Source of the DNA: Squalus acanthias
Lineage: Eukaryota
Assembly (NCBI GenBank): GCA_030390025.1
Contig: CM059432.1
Location: forward strand, 70,124,001-70,188,000
Direction of reading: 5' to 3'
Length of the DNA: 64,000 bases
Below the pieces are notes generated by a model, which saw only the letters and a program-made list of their open reading frames with translations, had not been told where the DNA came from and did no database searches. Shown one piece after another: positions 1-11,883 of this stretch. The translations under genes and the position numbers were made by a program. The first letter of the stretch is position 1. Each line of letters starts with the position of its first letter.

Positions 1-2709
1 CTATCTAGGCCCCTCATAATTTTATACACTTCAATAAGGTCTCCCCTCAGCCTCTTCTATTCCAAAGAAAACAAACCCAGCCTATCCAATCTTTCCTCGT
101 AGCTAAAATTCTCCAGTCCAGGCAACATCCTCGTAAATCTCCTCTGCACCCTCTCTAGCGCAATCACATCATTCTGTAATGTGGTGACTAGAACTGCACG
201 CAGTACTCTAGCTGTGGTCTAACTAGTGTTTTATACAGTTCAAGCATAACCTTCCTGCTCTTGTATTCTATGCCTCGGCTAATAAAGGCAAGTATTCCGT
301 ATGCCTTCTTAACCACCTTATCTACTTGGCCTGCTACCTTCAGGGATCTGTGGACCTGCACTCCAAGGTCCCTTTGTTCCTCTACACTTCTCAGTGTCCT
401 ACCATTTAATGTGTATTCCCTTGCCTTGTTAGGCCTCCCCAAATTCATTACCTCACACTTCTCCAGATTGAATTCCATTTGCCACTGTTCTGCCCACCTG
501 ACCAGTCCATTGATATTTTCCTGCAGTCTGCAGCTTTCTTCTTCATTATCCACCGCATGGCCAATTTTTGTATCATCTGCAAACTTCTTAATCATACCCC
601 CTGCATTCATGTCTAAATCATTGATATATACCGCAAAAAGCAAGGGACCTCGTACTGAGCCCTGCGGAACCTCACTGGAAACAGCCTTCCAGTCACAAAA
701 ACACCCATCAACCATTACACTTTGCTTCCTGCCTCTGAGCCAATTTTGGATCCAACTTGCCACTTTGCCCTGGATCCCATGGGCTTTCACTTTTGTGACT
801 AGTCTGCCATGTGGGACTTTATCAAAAGCCTTGCTAAAATCCATATACGCTACATCAAACGCACTACCCTCATCGACCCTCCTTGTTACCTCCTCAAAAA
901 ATTTAATCAAGTTAGTCAGACACGACCTTCCCTTAACAAATCCATGCTGACTGTCCTTGATTAATCCGTGTCTTTCTAAATGAGGATTTATCCTGTCCCT
1001 CAGAACTTTTTCCAATAATTTTCCCACCACCGAGGTTAGGCTGACTGGCCTGTAATGACTTGATCTATCCCTTTCTCCCTTTTTAAACAAAGGTACAACA
1101 TTAGCAGTCCTTCAGTCCTCTGGCACCACACCTGCAGCCAGAGAGGATTGGAAAATGATGGTCAGAGCCTCTGCTATTTCCTCTCTTACTTCTCTGAACA
1201 GTCTGGGATACATTTCATCCGGGCCTGTGGATTTATCCACTTTCAAAGCTGCTATGCCCTTAATACTTCCTCTCTCACTATGTTTATTTCATCTAATATT
1301 TCACACCCCTCCTCCCTGATTGCAATGTCTGCATCACCCCTCTCTTTTGTGAAAACAGATGCAAAGTATTAATTAAGAACCACCTCCACACACAGATTAC
1401 CTTTATGGTCTCTAATAGGCCCTACTCTTTCTTTAGTTATCCTCTTGCTCTTAATGTATTTATCAAACATCTTTGGGTTTTCCTTGATTTTACTTGCCAA
1501 AATGTTTTCATGCTCTCTCTTTGCTTTCCTAATTTCCTTTTTAATTGCACCCCTGCACTTTCTATACTCCTCTAGAGTTTCTGCAGTATTGAGCCCTCGG
1601 TACCTGTCATAAGCCTCCCTTTTTTTTCTTTATCCTACCCTGTATGTCCCTTGACATCCAGAGGGCTCTAGATTTGTTAGTCCCACCCTTTTTCTTTAAG
1701 GGAACATACTTGCTCTGAACCCTCAGGATCTCCTCCTTGAATGTCTCCCACTGCTCTGACACCGATTTACCTTCAAGTAGCTGTTTCCAGCCCACTTTGG
1801 CTAAATCCCATCTCAGCTTAGCAAAATTGACTTTTCCCCAATTGAGAACTTTTATTCCTGGTCTATCTCTGTCCTTTTCCATAACTACCCTAAATCTAAC
1901 TGAATTATGATCACTAGCACCAAAATGCTCTCCCACTGATACCCCTTCCGCCCGCCCAGCTTCATTCCCTAAAACTAAGTCCAGAACCGTCCCCTCCCTT
2001 GTTGGGCTTGTTACATACTGGCTAAAAAAGTTCTCCTGAATGCATTTTAGGAATTCCGCACCCTCCATACCCTTCGCACTAATTTTATCCCAGTTAATAT
2101 TGGGGTAGTTGAAATCTCCTACTATTACTGCCCTATAGTTTTTGCACTTCTCAGAAATTTGCCTATATATTTGCTCTTCTAGCTCCCTCTGACTGTTTGG
2201 GGTCTATAGTACACTCCCAGCAGTGTGATCGCCCCTTCTTTGTTCTTCAATTCAACCCATATGGCCTCATTTGATGATCCTTCTAACATATCATCCCTCC
2301 TCACAGCTGTAATTGTTTCTTTAATCAATATTGCAACCTCCCCATCCTTTTTTACCCCCCTCTCTATTCCGTCTGAAAACCCTGTAACCGGGAATGTTGA
2401 GCTGCCATACCTGCACTTCTTTCAGCCATGTCACAGTAATAGCTATAATATCATACTCCCATGTGTTTATCTGTGCTCTCAGCTCATCTGCCTTATTCCC
2501 TATACTCCTTGCATTGAAGTATATACCATTTATCACTGCCAAACTCCCTTGTTGTCTATTTTCTAGACCTTGCTTCCTCTGTCTTCCAAATTCACTTTCT
2601 ACTTTTCTACTTTCTAATTTCAGCTTTGCTTCTCTCCCTTCTGAATCTATTCTCAGGTTCCCATCCCCCTGCCAAGCTAGTTTAAACCCCCCCATCTAAC
2701 AGAACTAGA

Positions 2710-3620
2710 CGAGTATATTGGTCCCGGCTCTGTTGAGGTGCAACCCGTCCAGCTTGTACAGGTCCCACCTCCCCCAGGAAACGGTCTCAATGCCTCAGGA
2801 ATCTAAAGCCCACCCACCTGCACCATCTCTCCAGCCACGCATTCATCTGCTCTATCCTCCTATTTCTGTACTCACTAACACGTGGCACCGGGAGTAATCC
2901 AGAGATTACTACATTTGAGGTCCTGCTTTTTAATCTCTTTCCTAGCTCCCTAAACTCTACCTGCAGGACCTCATCCCTCTTTCTACCTATGTCATTGGTA
3001 CCGATATGGACCACGACCTCTGGCTGTTCACACTTTCCCCCCAGAATGCCCTGCAGCCGCTCGGTGACATCCTTGACCCTGGCATCAGGGAGGGAACATA
3101 CCATCCTGGATTCACGTCTGCGGCCGCAGAAACGCTTGTCTGTTCCCCTAACTATCGAATCCCCTACCACTATTGCTCTTCCATTCTTCTTCCTCCCCCC
3201 CGTGCAGCTGAGCCACCCATGGTGCTGTGGACCTGGCTCCGGCTGCACTCCCCAGAGGAAACCATCGCCCCCACCAGTACTCAGAACAGAATACTGGTTG
3301 GAGAGCGAGATGCACTCAGGGGATTCCTGCACTACCTGCCAGGTCTTCCCCTTTTGTCTGGCAGTTACCCGATCCCTCTCTGCCTGCACACTCTTAAGCT
3401 GCGGGGTGGCTACCTCTAGAAACGTGCTATCCACGAAGTTCTCAGCCTCGCGGATGCACCGCAGTGATTCCAGCTGTCGCTCAAGCTCCGAAACCCAGAG
3501 CTCGAGTTGCTGTAGCTGGCGACACTTCCTGCACACAATGGCGTCCAGTCTACGCGAAGCGTCCAGGACTTCCCACATGACACAGGAGGTGCACTCCACG
3601 GGACTGAGCTGCCCTGCCAT
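2710..3620 (-). pseudogene. CR1 ORF1: zinc finger, leucine zipper and SGNH/GDSL esterase domain
   Basis: ATG at 3620 gives MAGQLSPVECTSC...CRKC, a heptad Leu run, IVVGDSIVR and VVHIGTND. Premature stop at 2787 relative to the paralogue at 28010-28817. Confidence 0.9.
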
Positions 3621-3818
3621 GCCTCTAGTTATTAGATTAATTAACATTTTTAGTATACCCCTCTGCCCTTAGTTAAAAATTAAAAGACAACAGACAAAAA
3701 ACAGCAGTGATACTCACTGGCCCCGAATCTGAATAGCAAAGAAAAACTATGTGACCTTTACCAACCAATCAGTTGCCAGCTATCCTGTGACGTCACTCCT
3801 TGTGTTTTTTTTTCCCTC

Positions 3819-4281
3819 GCTGCTGTTGCTGCCGGTGAGTCTGGGCTTCGCTCTCTCTCCCGTTCCTTATACTCCTCGCTGTTCTCGCTCAGGCTCCACC
3901 CAGGGCCACTCTCGCTGCTGTTGCTGCCGGTGAGTCTGGGCCTTCGCTCTCTCTCCCGCTCCTTATACTCCTCGCTCAGGCTCCACCCAGGGCCGCTCTC
4001 GCTGCTGTTGCTGCCGGTGAGTCTGGGCCTTCGCTCTCTCTCCCGCTCCTTATACTCCTCGCTCAGGCTCCACCCAGGGCCGCTCTCGCTGCTGTTGCTG
4101 CCGGTGAGTCTGGGCCTTGCTCTCTCTCCCGCTCCTTATACTCCTCGCTCAGGCTCCACCCAGGGCCGCTCTCGCTGCTGTTGCTGCCGGTGAGTCTGGG
4201 CCTTGCTCTCTCTCCCGCTCCTTATACTCCTCGCTCAGGCTCCACCCAGGGCCGCTCTTGCTGCTGCCACTGCCGGTGAGC
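3819..4281. repeat. 87-bp tandem array (~5.3 units) at the CR1 5' end
   Basis: GCTGCTGTTGCTGCCGGTGAGTCTGGG... recurs at 4001 and 4088; the track shows a matching 29-aa repeat in ORF 3921-4193. Confidence 0.95.
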
Positions 4282-4624
4282 ATATTAAAGTAGTCTCTGC
4301 ATTCCCTTATATATTTAAGTGTTATAAAAAGAGATATCTTTACACCGACTGTTATCTCTCAGTCACCCAATTGCTGGCTTGAGGTAACACTGATATCTGG
4401 TGCAGTGAGATCATGGATGAGGAATACTTCCCATAATCCACTGTCCTCACTCATGATGTCACTGCAAGAGTTTGTGCAGGAAATGTCTGTTCCAAGACTG
4501 CCTGTAGTCAAGTATAAAATGTGGTAACTTAAAGTGACTGAGACACACTGTGAAGTGTGCAAAGATCTCACTTATAATGTTTAAAGTTATGAAGCAGTTT
4601 TTTTTTGTAAGTTTGCATTTGTAA

Positions 4625-5040
4625 GTGTCAGTTTAGCTTATTTGGTGGCACTCTCACCTTTGAGACACAAGGTGGGATCAAGCCCACTCCAACACTTAAG
4701 CCCATAATCTACATTGGCAATCTAATGCAGTTCTGAGGAAGTGCTGCATTGTCAAAGGTGCTGTTCTTTAAGATGAAACTGTAAACCAAAGCCCAGTCTG
4801 CTTGCTTAAGTGAGCGTAAAAAATACCACTGTACAAATCAAAGAATATCAAGGAGCTCTCCTGATGTTCAGGCCAACAGGTTGGTCATTTATCTCGTTGG
4901 TTGTTTGTGGGACCTTGCTGTGTGCAAATTGGAGGTTGCATTTGCTTATAAAACAACATTGATTACATTTCAAAAGTAATTCATTGACTGTGAAATGGTG
5001 GGAATGTAAATGGTGCTATGTAGATGCAAATTCTTTCTTT
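4625..5040 (+). mobile_element. Degenerate DeuSINE (SacSINE1-like)
   Basis: tRNA-like head (GTGTCAG...GCACTCTCACC), core GTGCTGCATTGTC..AGGTGC, tail GCTAT..A.ATGCAA.TTCTTT. Homologous to the better copies at 38338 and 52249-52762. Confidence 0.7.
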
Positions 5041-5065
5041 AGCTCTTTATCACATAGCTCAGAAA

Positions 5066-5330
5066 TGCTTCAAAGCACTTCACATACGATGTAATTACTT
5101 TGAAGTGCAGTGACTTGTTATATGGACAAACATGGCATTCGTTTTGCCCACAGCAAGATCCCACAAATAACATTAGTGTCTACTTGAATATTTAAAGGGC
5201 AGTACCTCTATTGTGTAGCACTTCCTCAGTATTACATTGAGGAGTCAGACTAAGTTATGGACTCAAGTTTTGGAGTGACGCTTGCCCCATCACCTAATTC
5301 AGAAGCAAGGATGCTGCTAATTGAATCAAT
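5066..5330 (-). mobile_element. Degenerate DeuSINE, opposite orientation to the preceding copy
   Basis: Reverse complement of the same motifs (CACAGCAAGATCCCACAAA; GCACTTCCTCAGTATTACATTG). Confidence 0.6.
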
Positions 5331-5574
5331 CTGATACATGGAATATTTATTTAAATGTAACTGAGATAATAGTGATATAAATGCTGTATGTCTGTGGCAT
5401 CCATATCACTTCATGCAGGCACGAGGGCTCGTAGAACAGGTTGGAGAGTGAGGGAAAATGTTACTTGCTGACCTGCAACTTTGTAAATTATAAATGTGAG
5501 AAACGGGCCTTAGACATGAATGCTATCTCAATATAAAAAATCAGCTTTTTTGAAATACGTGAAAAGGAGATAAG

Positions 5575-5780
5575 AAGAAAACCCGCAAAGGCTGGAAATC
5601 TGAAATAAAACAGAAAATGCTGGGAAGACACATCAGACACATCTATCGCATCTGAAAGAGAATAATAGGTTAACATTTCAGTCTTTGCCTTTTTACAGAA
5701 GTATTGAGGAAGAGACCTACCTAACACTTTACACCATTTTTCTCTTTCAGACACTGTCCAGCCCGCTGTGTATTTATGTC
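5575..5780. repeat. Degenerate Penelope-like palindromic repeat
   Basis: GCTGGAAATCTGAAATAAAACAGAAAATGCTGG is shared with 47921-48132. Confidence 0.55.
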
Positions 5781-6492
5781 AGGTAGTGTTTTCCTGTAAT
5801 TGTTCTAGATGACAGAAATGCCATGTCAGATTGTGAACGTGTCATAAACTGCCATAAAGCAATGCTGCAAGTTATTTAATTTTACTATGCAGAGCCTAAT
5901 CACTTTCAAATTGTTCTTCGTTTTCCAGCCACTGCCTTTATGTTGGTTGCATTCACAATTTTATTTTGTTTTAACATTTTGCTCGCAAGCCGTTGCCTGC
6001 ACATTGTCTCCTTGACTGGCAGCAGTGTTTCTGTAAGGTGGTCTGTACTGGATCCATCTATATGTGCCATGTAGAATCTTGGCAGCAGAGCCTTACAAGG
6101 CGGTTACATTATTATACAACAATTGTGCATGCCACATGCATCATGCATTAAGTAGGATATCAAATACAAAACATTTGCAAAAATATATTTAGCTTGATCA
6201 AATCTATCAAGAAACTTTAAAATATCAGAAGCGTCTGGTAGTAAAGTGCGGCATTGAGTCAATGACTCCCAGTTGCCTTTTCAGCTTCAGTACCAGTAAC
6301 ATTTTATTACAGTTGTATCCTCCCTTCCTAGTGGGAAGTCAGTTTTAGACTGTTCATCTCATGAACAGTGCAAAAGTACTGCCCACTCGGAGGACAGCAT
6401 ATTAGTCTAATAAAATGTTATTATCACTCAGCACTGACGTTTGCAAGTGCTGGGCTCAGTGTCCCAGACTCCACATCATTGTCGAGTACATT

Positions 6493-7251
6493 GGCCTGTA
6501 TTTTCCGATTGCAGGCCTCCCGCGGGCGGAGGCCTGCGAACTGGAAAAATCTGCGCCCTTACCTGAGGGCTCCCGGGACGGCACACGCTTCCGATGCTGA
6601 GCCTCACCAAACTGCAAGTGCGCAGGGCCCACGTATCCCAGAGGCGCATGTAGTTCGCAGCGTCCCTGGGATCACGTGGGCCATGGGGAGCCAATCACAG
6701 AAGGGAATCTCCCTTCATATATTTGACAGGAAGACCTGTCAAATATATGAATGGAGATCAATGAAAAAACATAGTAAAACTTTAAATAAATTATTTTTAA
6801 AAATCACTTTTTTAAAATGACTTGAAATTACAATAAATTAAGTATTTTAAACAAAAATTTAATTTTTTGAAAAAATAATTAAAGTATTTTACGGGGCTAA
6901 AAATAAACTTACCTTTTTTAAAGTATTTTTAAATGATAAATCAGTGAAAACATTTTTTTTTTTACTTTTTTCTACTCTTATCCTGGTAAAAGCAGGCCTT
7001 ACGCCTGCTTTTACCAGGCGTAAGAATTGTAAGGGTTTTCTGCGGGCGGAGGGGTCTCCAAAAAGCGGAACTATCCGCCCGCAGAGGCCCTTCTCCAGGG
7101 CAGCCGGAGGATCTGTCAAGAGAATTCTTGACAGATCGGAAATGCCGGTTTTCAGCGCATGCGCTGTGCATGTCTGAAACCAGCATTTCCGATGTCTCTA
7201 CGGGTGGGTGCACAGCGCGTACCCACCCGTAGGGATCGGAATATCCGGCCC
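6493..7251. mobile_element. Non-autonomous hairpin-rich TIR element (Harbinger-type ends), copy 1
   Basis: Imperfect 17-bp TIRs GGCCTGTATTTTCCGAT / ATCGGAATATCCGGCCC; flanks ATT/AAT; several perfect internal hairpins; homologous to 59688-60430. Confidence 0.8.
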
Positions 7252-8069
7252 AATAGCTTTCCAAACATTAGGGTAGGACGCATCTTGTGGTCACAAGCAT
7301 CTTGATGTGAACCAAATGTTAGAAAGTTAAATAATAACACATCAAAGGTAGGTTTAATTTTAGATTTTTCGTTTCCTTAGTGGTTCAGTTGATAATTGTA
7401 CCTCCTGACATGGAATTGAGCCATGCATATTAGGAAAATCATAACTTTAATTTCTGCTCTTGCGGACCTTAGCCAGAGAGGCTGTAGGAGCATTACAATG
7501 GATCTTATTGCCCTAGGCGAGAGAGAGGAAAACTAGTCAGAGTTATCACTTTTGAATGCTGCTCGTAAACCCTGCTGGAAATGACTCATGTGGATGTTGG
7601 ATAAGGATGGGATTGTGCTCCCCATGGTAAAATATCCTGTCAGTTCCTCATTGTCTGGGCTCACAGAGATGGCCAATTGGCCGAGTTACTGGAGAGTGGT
7701 GGGCCCATGAAACTTTACAGCTGGCAAGAGTCAATGGGTGGAACTGTCAATTTCAGTGGGAGTTTAAAGCGAGCGGTAGCAGATCGACCACCTGATTTTC
7801 CTTTCCATTGATCTATAACAGACAGCGAATCTGCTATCGCCCGTTTTATGCCCTCGCCGAAGTTGAAAGCTTCGTTCAACATCTTCAAATGAAAAAGAAA
7901 ATTGGGGTTAAAGATTAATTTTGTTTTCATCATAATTCAGAAAGGAAGGCCCACAAATAGGATTTTTTGAGAGCTTTTCCTGGTGTATTCCCTTAGACCC
8001 ATCCACAACAGAGCATTCTCTGCTACAACAGTTTAACATTTCCATTTATTGCACCACTCAGCCTGGAGG

Positions 8070-8290
8070 TCTCTGACTGAAAGGCCCAATTAGTAATGAC
8101 CTATAGGCACTTTTCTAATGTGAACTGACATCCACTGGGAGCAGGGTTGACTGTGCCTGAACTCATTTAACTTCAGACCTGTAACTGTCGACTGAAATCT
8201 AAGAAAATTTTTACCCATCTGCTTGGGCTGGATTCTAAGCCAATCCCCAGGGTGAAAGTGCAGTGTTTCAACTCACTGTGCCATCTGATC
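8070..8290 (-). mobile_element. Old LF-SINE-like SINE remnant
   Basis: Minus strand reads GATGGCACAGTGAG..TTTCACC..AATCCAGCCCA..AAATGAGTT..CCCAGTGGA, resembling LF-SINE motifs from memory. Confidence 0.4.
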
Positions 8291-9458
8291 CTGCTACATG
8301 CATGTAATTGTACACCCTTTTTTTTCATCCTTTCAAGAACAAAGAAAGCATTCCAAATACAATGTGGACTGAAAATAAATAGTAAATGTAAAAAAAATAA
8401 GGATATTGGTTTGGGGAAGACAAAAAGGACAAAAGTGAAAACAGGCAGAACTTACAGGTCTTTTTTCCCCATGGCTGCTATGCTTTGGAATAGTGAAATG
8501 CCATAATATCTAGGAAGTGTCCAGGGGTTAAATTTCTTCACAGTTGGTAATACCTACCTCTTATACAGCTCATTCACAAAGGTATCATTTTTCATCAGAA
8601 CACTTGAAAAATGGTCAGTTAGTTAAATAATTGAAAGTTTTGTTAACCATGCAGGTGAATGCATCCTTCGGGTATCTATCATTTATTTTCTTAACACTAC
8701 AGAGAAAGTTATAATGTTGCAAATATATCAGCATCACAAAGTGTGCCAAATGTACCAACATAATTCCTGCTCTACCCCTGAAACTCCTTGCCATGCAACC
8801 TTTAAAAAATAGAAGAAAAATGGTCCTTTGCTCTGCCCTTGGATGGTTCCAGAAATATACATTTTGAAGTCTGAAGGCAATACGTTTTTATTTTAAACCT
8901 TTAAAGTGTGGATTCATTGGGCATCTTAATTTACCACAGCATGTCTGAATTTTCATGGTGTTCAGCGCAGCTGGCTGTGTAGACTTTAACCAGTGGTGTC
9001 AGTGCCAAGTGTTGCTTGATAGGGATTCTATCTGTACTAAATCCACATCGTGGAGCAGCCGACTAATGATTTATTTAAGTGTTTTGTATTCACCTCAAGG
9101 GCTTATGATGCTACAGATGGGACATTTTTCACTTAATTTCCATTAGTTAAAAATCCCAGTGTCCAGTGCCTCGTAAGTTCTGATTACTGTATTAACCCTT
9201 TGCCCTCACTCAGCATCCAGAGTCACGAGAAGATAATTGTATTACCCTTCACACAAACTCTGTCTGGGTGCTTCTTAATGTCTTATTATGGTTGCTAGGC
9301 AATAACCTAGCAACCTACGGTCGTATTTGTCTAGTTCCTAATGTAGAACATAATATTATTTAGTGACATTCCTAGAGCAGTTGAATAACGTTGTAATGTT
9401 TTACAACTAGAATAACAAGTGTGAAGCTGTACTGGATCAACGAATGCTGGCCCAAATA

Positions 9459-11883
9459 CAGGAAACTCTTTGGTATCCGGCACCGACGGGACCGGGGTGG
9501 TGCCGGTTGAATAAAAATTCCGGATGACGGAGAGGGTTATCTACCGAGGCTATTTTTAACAAACAAAAATAAAAAAATCAAGAAATGTGCAGTATACAGT
9601 AATTGGGTACTCACCTACAGAATGTTGTGTTAAATGGATGGTGGAAGATGCTTGATTAAGTACAGTACTGCCAGTTGAGGGTAATCCATAACTCTTTAAT
9701 TACTTAACAGTAAAACAAAACTTATAAACGACTGTATACAGTACTGTAGTTGACAGTACACGTATTCCAAGTCAGCTGGTTCATCAGGAATATCCATGCC
9801 AGCTGGGTCATCAGGATCATGCAGTTCCACAGATTCTTCAGGCACTTCCGCTGCTTCGACTCTTTTGGAAGCTTTCTTAAACATGTCCCGGATGTCTGCT
9901 TGCTTAGTGGACTCTTGCCTTTTCTGTAGAAACGTGGAATGCAGAATATGGAGGTGCATAACTTCTTGGGCAGAGTAGCAAGGCTGCCTTTCAGCAAATT
10001 GGAGGATTGAAGCAAATCCTTCTGCAGCTTTAGCCCAAGAAATCTTCTTCTCTTCAGAAATCTCATCCTCTTCACTTTCCATCTCACTTTCCTTTTCTTT
10101 CTTTGGATTCAAAACATTCTCAATTATTTCATCATCACTTAGCATATGCACAACACCAACTTCTCTATCTGCATCAACCCACTGCTCGATATCACTTTCA
10201 CTGAGGTGACGTAGAGGGTTTGCTGGGCCTACATTTTTCACCATGCCAGCCATTTCCATTATTGTACTCTTCTTGGGACGAACATTGAACCCATGAAATT
10301 CCTCCTCTGAAGAAGAACCTTCAGCAAACATTACAGAAGGCCACAATTTGCGCCAGGCTTGCCTCAGAGTGTGACCTTTCACCAAGTTCCAGGAACATGC
10401 AACATTATAGATGGCATCTTTAAGATTGTATTCCTTCTGAAATGCGTGAATATTGTCATCTTGGTTTATCAGTTTACGTAGGAAGTCTTTCTTGTAATGA
10501 CACTTCAGATTTTGGATAACGCCCTGGTCCATGGGTTGTATGAGAGAAGTTACATTTGGTGGCAAATAAATGGTGAAAATATTTCCCGAAACCAACTCGG
10601 ATTCATGCGGATGGGCTCTACAATTATCAAGCAATAAAATGCATTTGCTATCTTCAGGTTTCCCTATTTTATGGAAATGTTCCCTCACAGATGGAACAAA
10701 AATATGATGGAACCAATACGAAAAGATTTCCTTATCCATCCAAGCATTTTTTTGAGCTTTGTACTCAACAGGTAAGTGCCTCACATTTTTAAATGCACGG
10801 GGATTTTTATACTTCCCAATAACAAGAAGTTTAACCCGGTGTGATCCAGCAGCGTTCGCACATGTTAGCAGAGTTACACGATCTTTATTTTTCTTGTAAC
10901 CTGAAGCATTAGCCTCACTAGCCCCAGCAAGTGTTGATTCTGGCAAAAACCTCCAAAATAAGCCAGTTTCATCGGCATTATATATATCTGTGCTGGCGAC
11001 AAATCAGGTTGCTGCACAATCCGATTCAAATAATCGCAGTATTCTTCTGCGGTGTCGTTATCAGCTGATTTCTTCTCCCTGGAAATATTGAGTCGTCGTA
11101 TCCCGTGCCGTAACTTGAAGCACGTTAGCCATCCCTCGGAGAAAGCACACTTGTCAGTGAGCTCCATCCTTACGTAGAAATCCTTCGCTTTCTCGATTAG
11201 CATGGGTCCAGAAAGTGGAACACCCTCTGAACGCTTAAGAGAAAACCACTCATAAAGCACGGTATCCAGCTCTTCAAGCTTAGGCTTACGAAGCGTACGC
11301 CGTTTCTCTACACTCTTAGATGTCTCCGAGCTTGAATAAAACTTGAACAACTTATCCTTCTGCGATTTGATGTCGAAGATTGTTGACGAACCGATTTTGA
11401 ATTCATTCATAATGTTGATACGCTTCTCTCCCCTTTCTAGTCGTTGGCATATCTCGATTTTCTGTTTTAAAGTTAACACCACTCTCTTCCTTTTGCTTGG
11501 ACCAACTTTTGGGAATTCCATAATGCAAGATGGGGGAGATAATTCACGATAAAGATGGAGAGACACACAGAAAAATGGTGGATCGGAAGAGACTACCAGC
11601 AACGCGGGAGACACACAGTAAAATGGCGGATCAGAAGAGACTCCCGGCAGCGCGGGAGAATCAGACTCCTATTATTGCAGTGTTCGGACTTCCGACAGCG
11701 CCAGGAAGCCAAGTAGTGGCACTTTGGAGAACTACCCCCACTGACTAACTCGGCGTTCGCGGGAGACTCAGACTCGGACTCGGCAACATTGCTGGTTATT
11801 GAGGAGTTGTTTTCGGAGTATGAATTTTGCTGGTTAATAGAGAATTCCGGATATTTAGGTGCCGTTTAAACAAGAGTTTCCTG
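9459..11883 (-). mobile_element. Complete Tigger/pogo (Tc1-mariner) DNA transposon, 2425 bp
   Basis: TIRs CAGGAAACTCTT...GGCACC / GGTGCC...AAGAGTTTCCTG; TA TSD at 9457-58 and 11884-85; internal transposase gene. Confidence 0.95.
9696..11521 (-). pseudogene. Tigger-type transposase (CENP-B HTH + DD32D) with one frameshift
   Basis: ORF 10874-11614 ([25 protein letters not shown]) and ORF 9696-10946 ([34 protein letters not shown]). An extra AT at ~10980 breaks QIYNADETG. Confidence 0.93.

Larger units (their letters stand above)
1..4281 (-). mobile_element. Near full-length CR1 LINE (3' end runs off the window start): 5' UTR, ORF1, ORF2 (APE + RT), with stops and frameshifts
   Basis: RT ORF 188-1090 (YRPVSLTS, QHGF, DFSKAFDKV, VPQGS, FADD); APE pieces at 2321-2695 (YFNARSI, DIIAIT) and 1607-2068 (LDLVL, SDHN); ORF1 at 2787-3647. 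All collinear on the minus strand. Confidence 0.95.

Noticed and set aside
261..950. Long ORFs antisense to TE genes (also 2989-3672, 28309-28740, 54156-54842)
   Set aside because: Shadow frames of the RT, esterase and transposase genes, with no independent motifs.
3921..4193. Repetitive 29-aa protein
   Set aside because: Translation of the 87-bp array; the frame shifts between units.
9696..11521. Domesticated TIGD/JRK gene
   Set aside because: Flanked by TIRs and a TA TSD, frameshifted, and has a cognate MITE.
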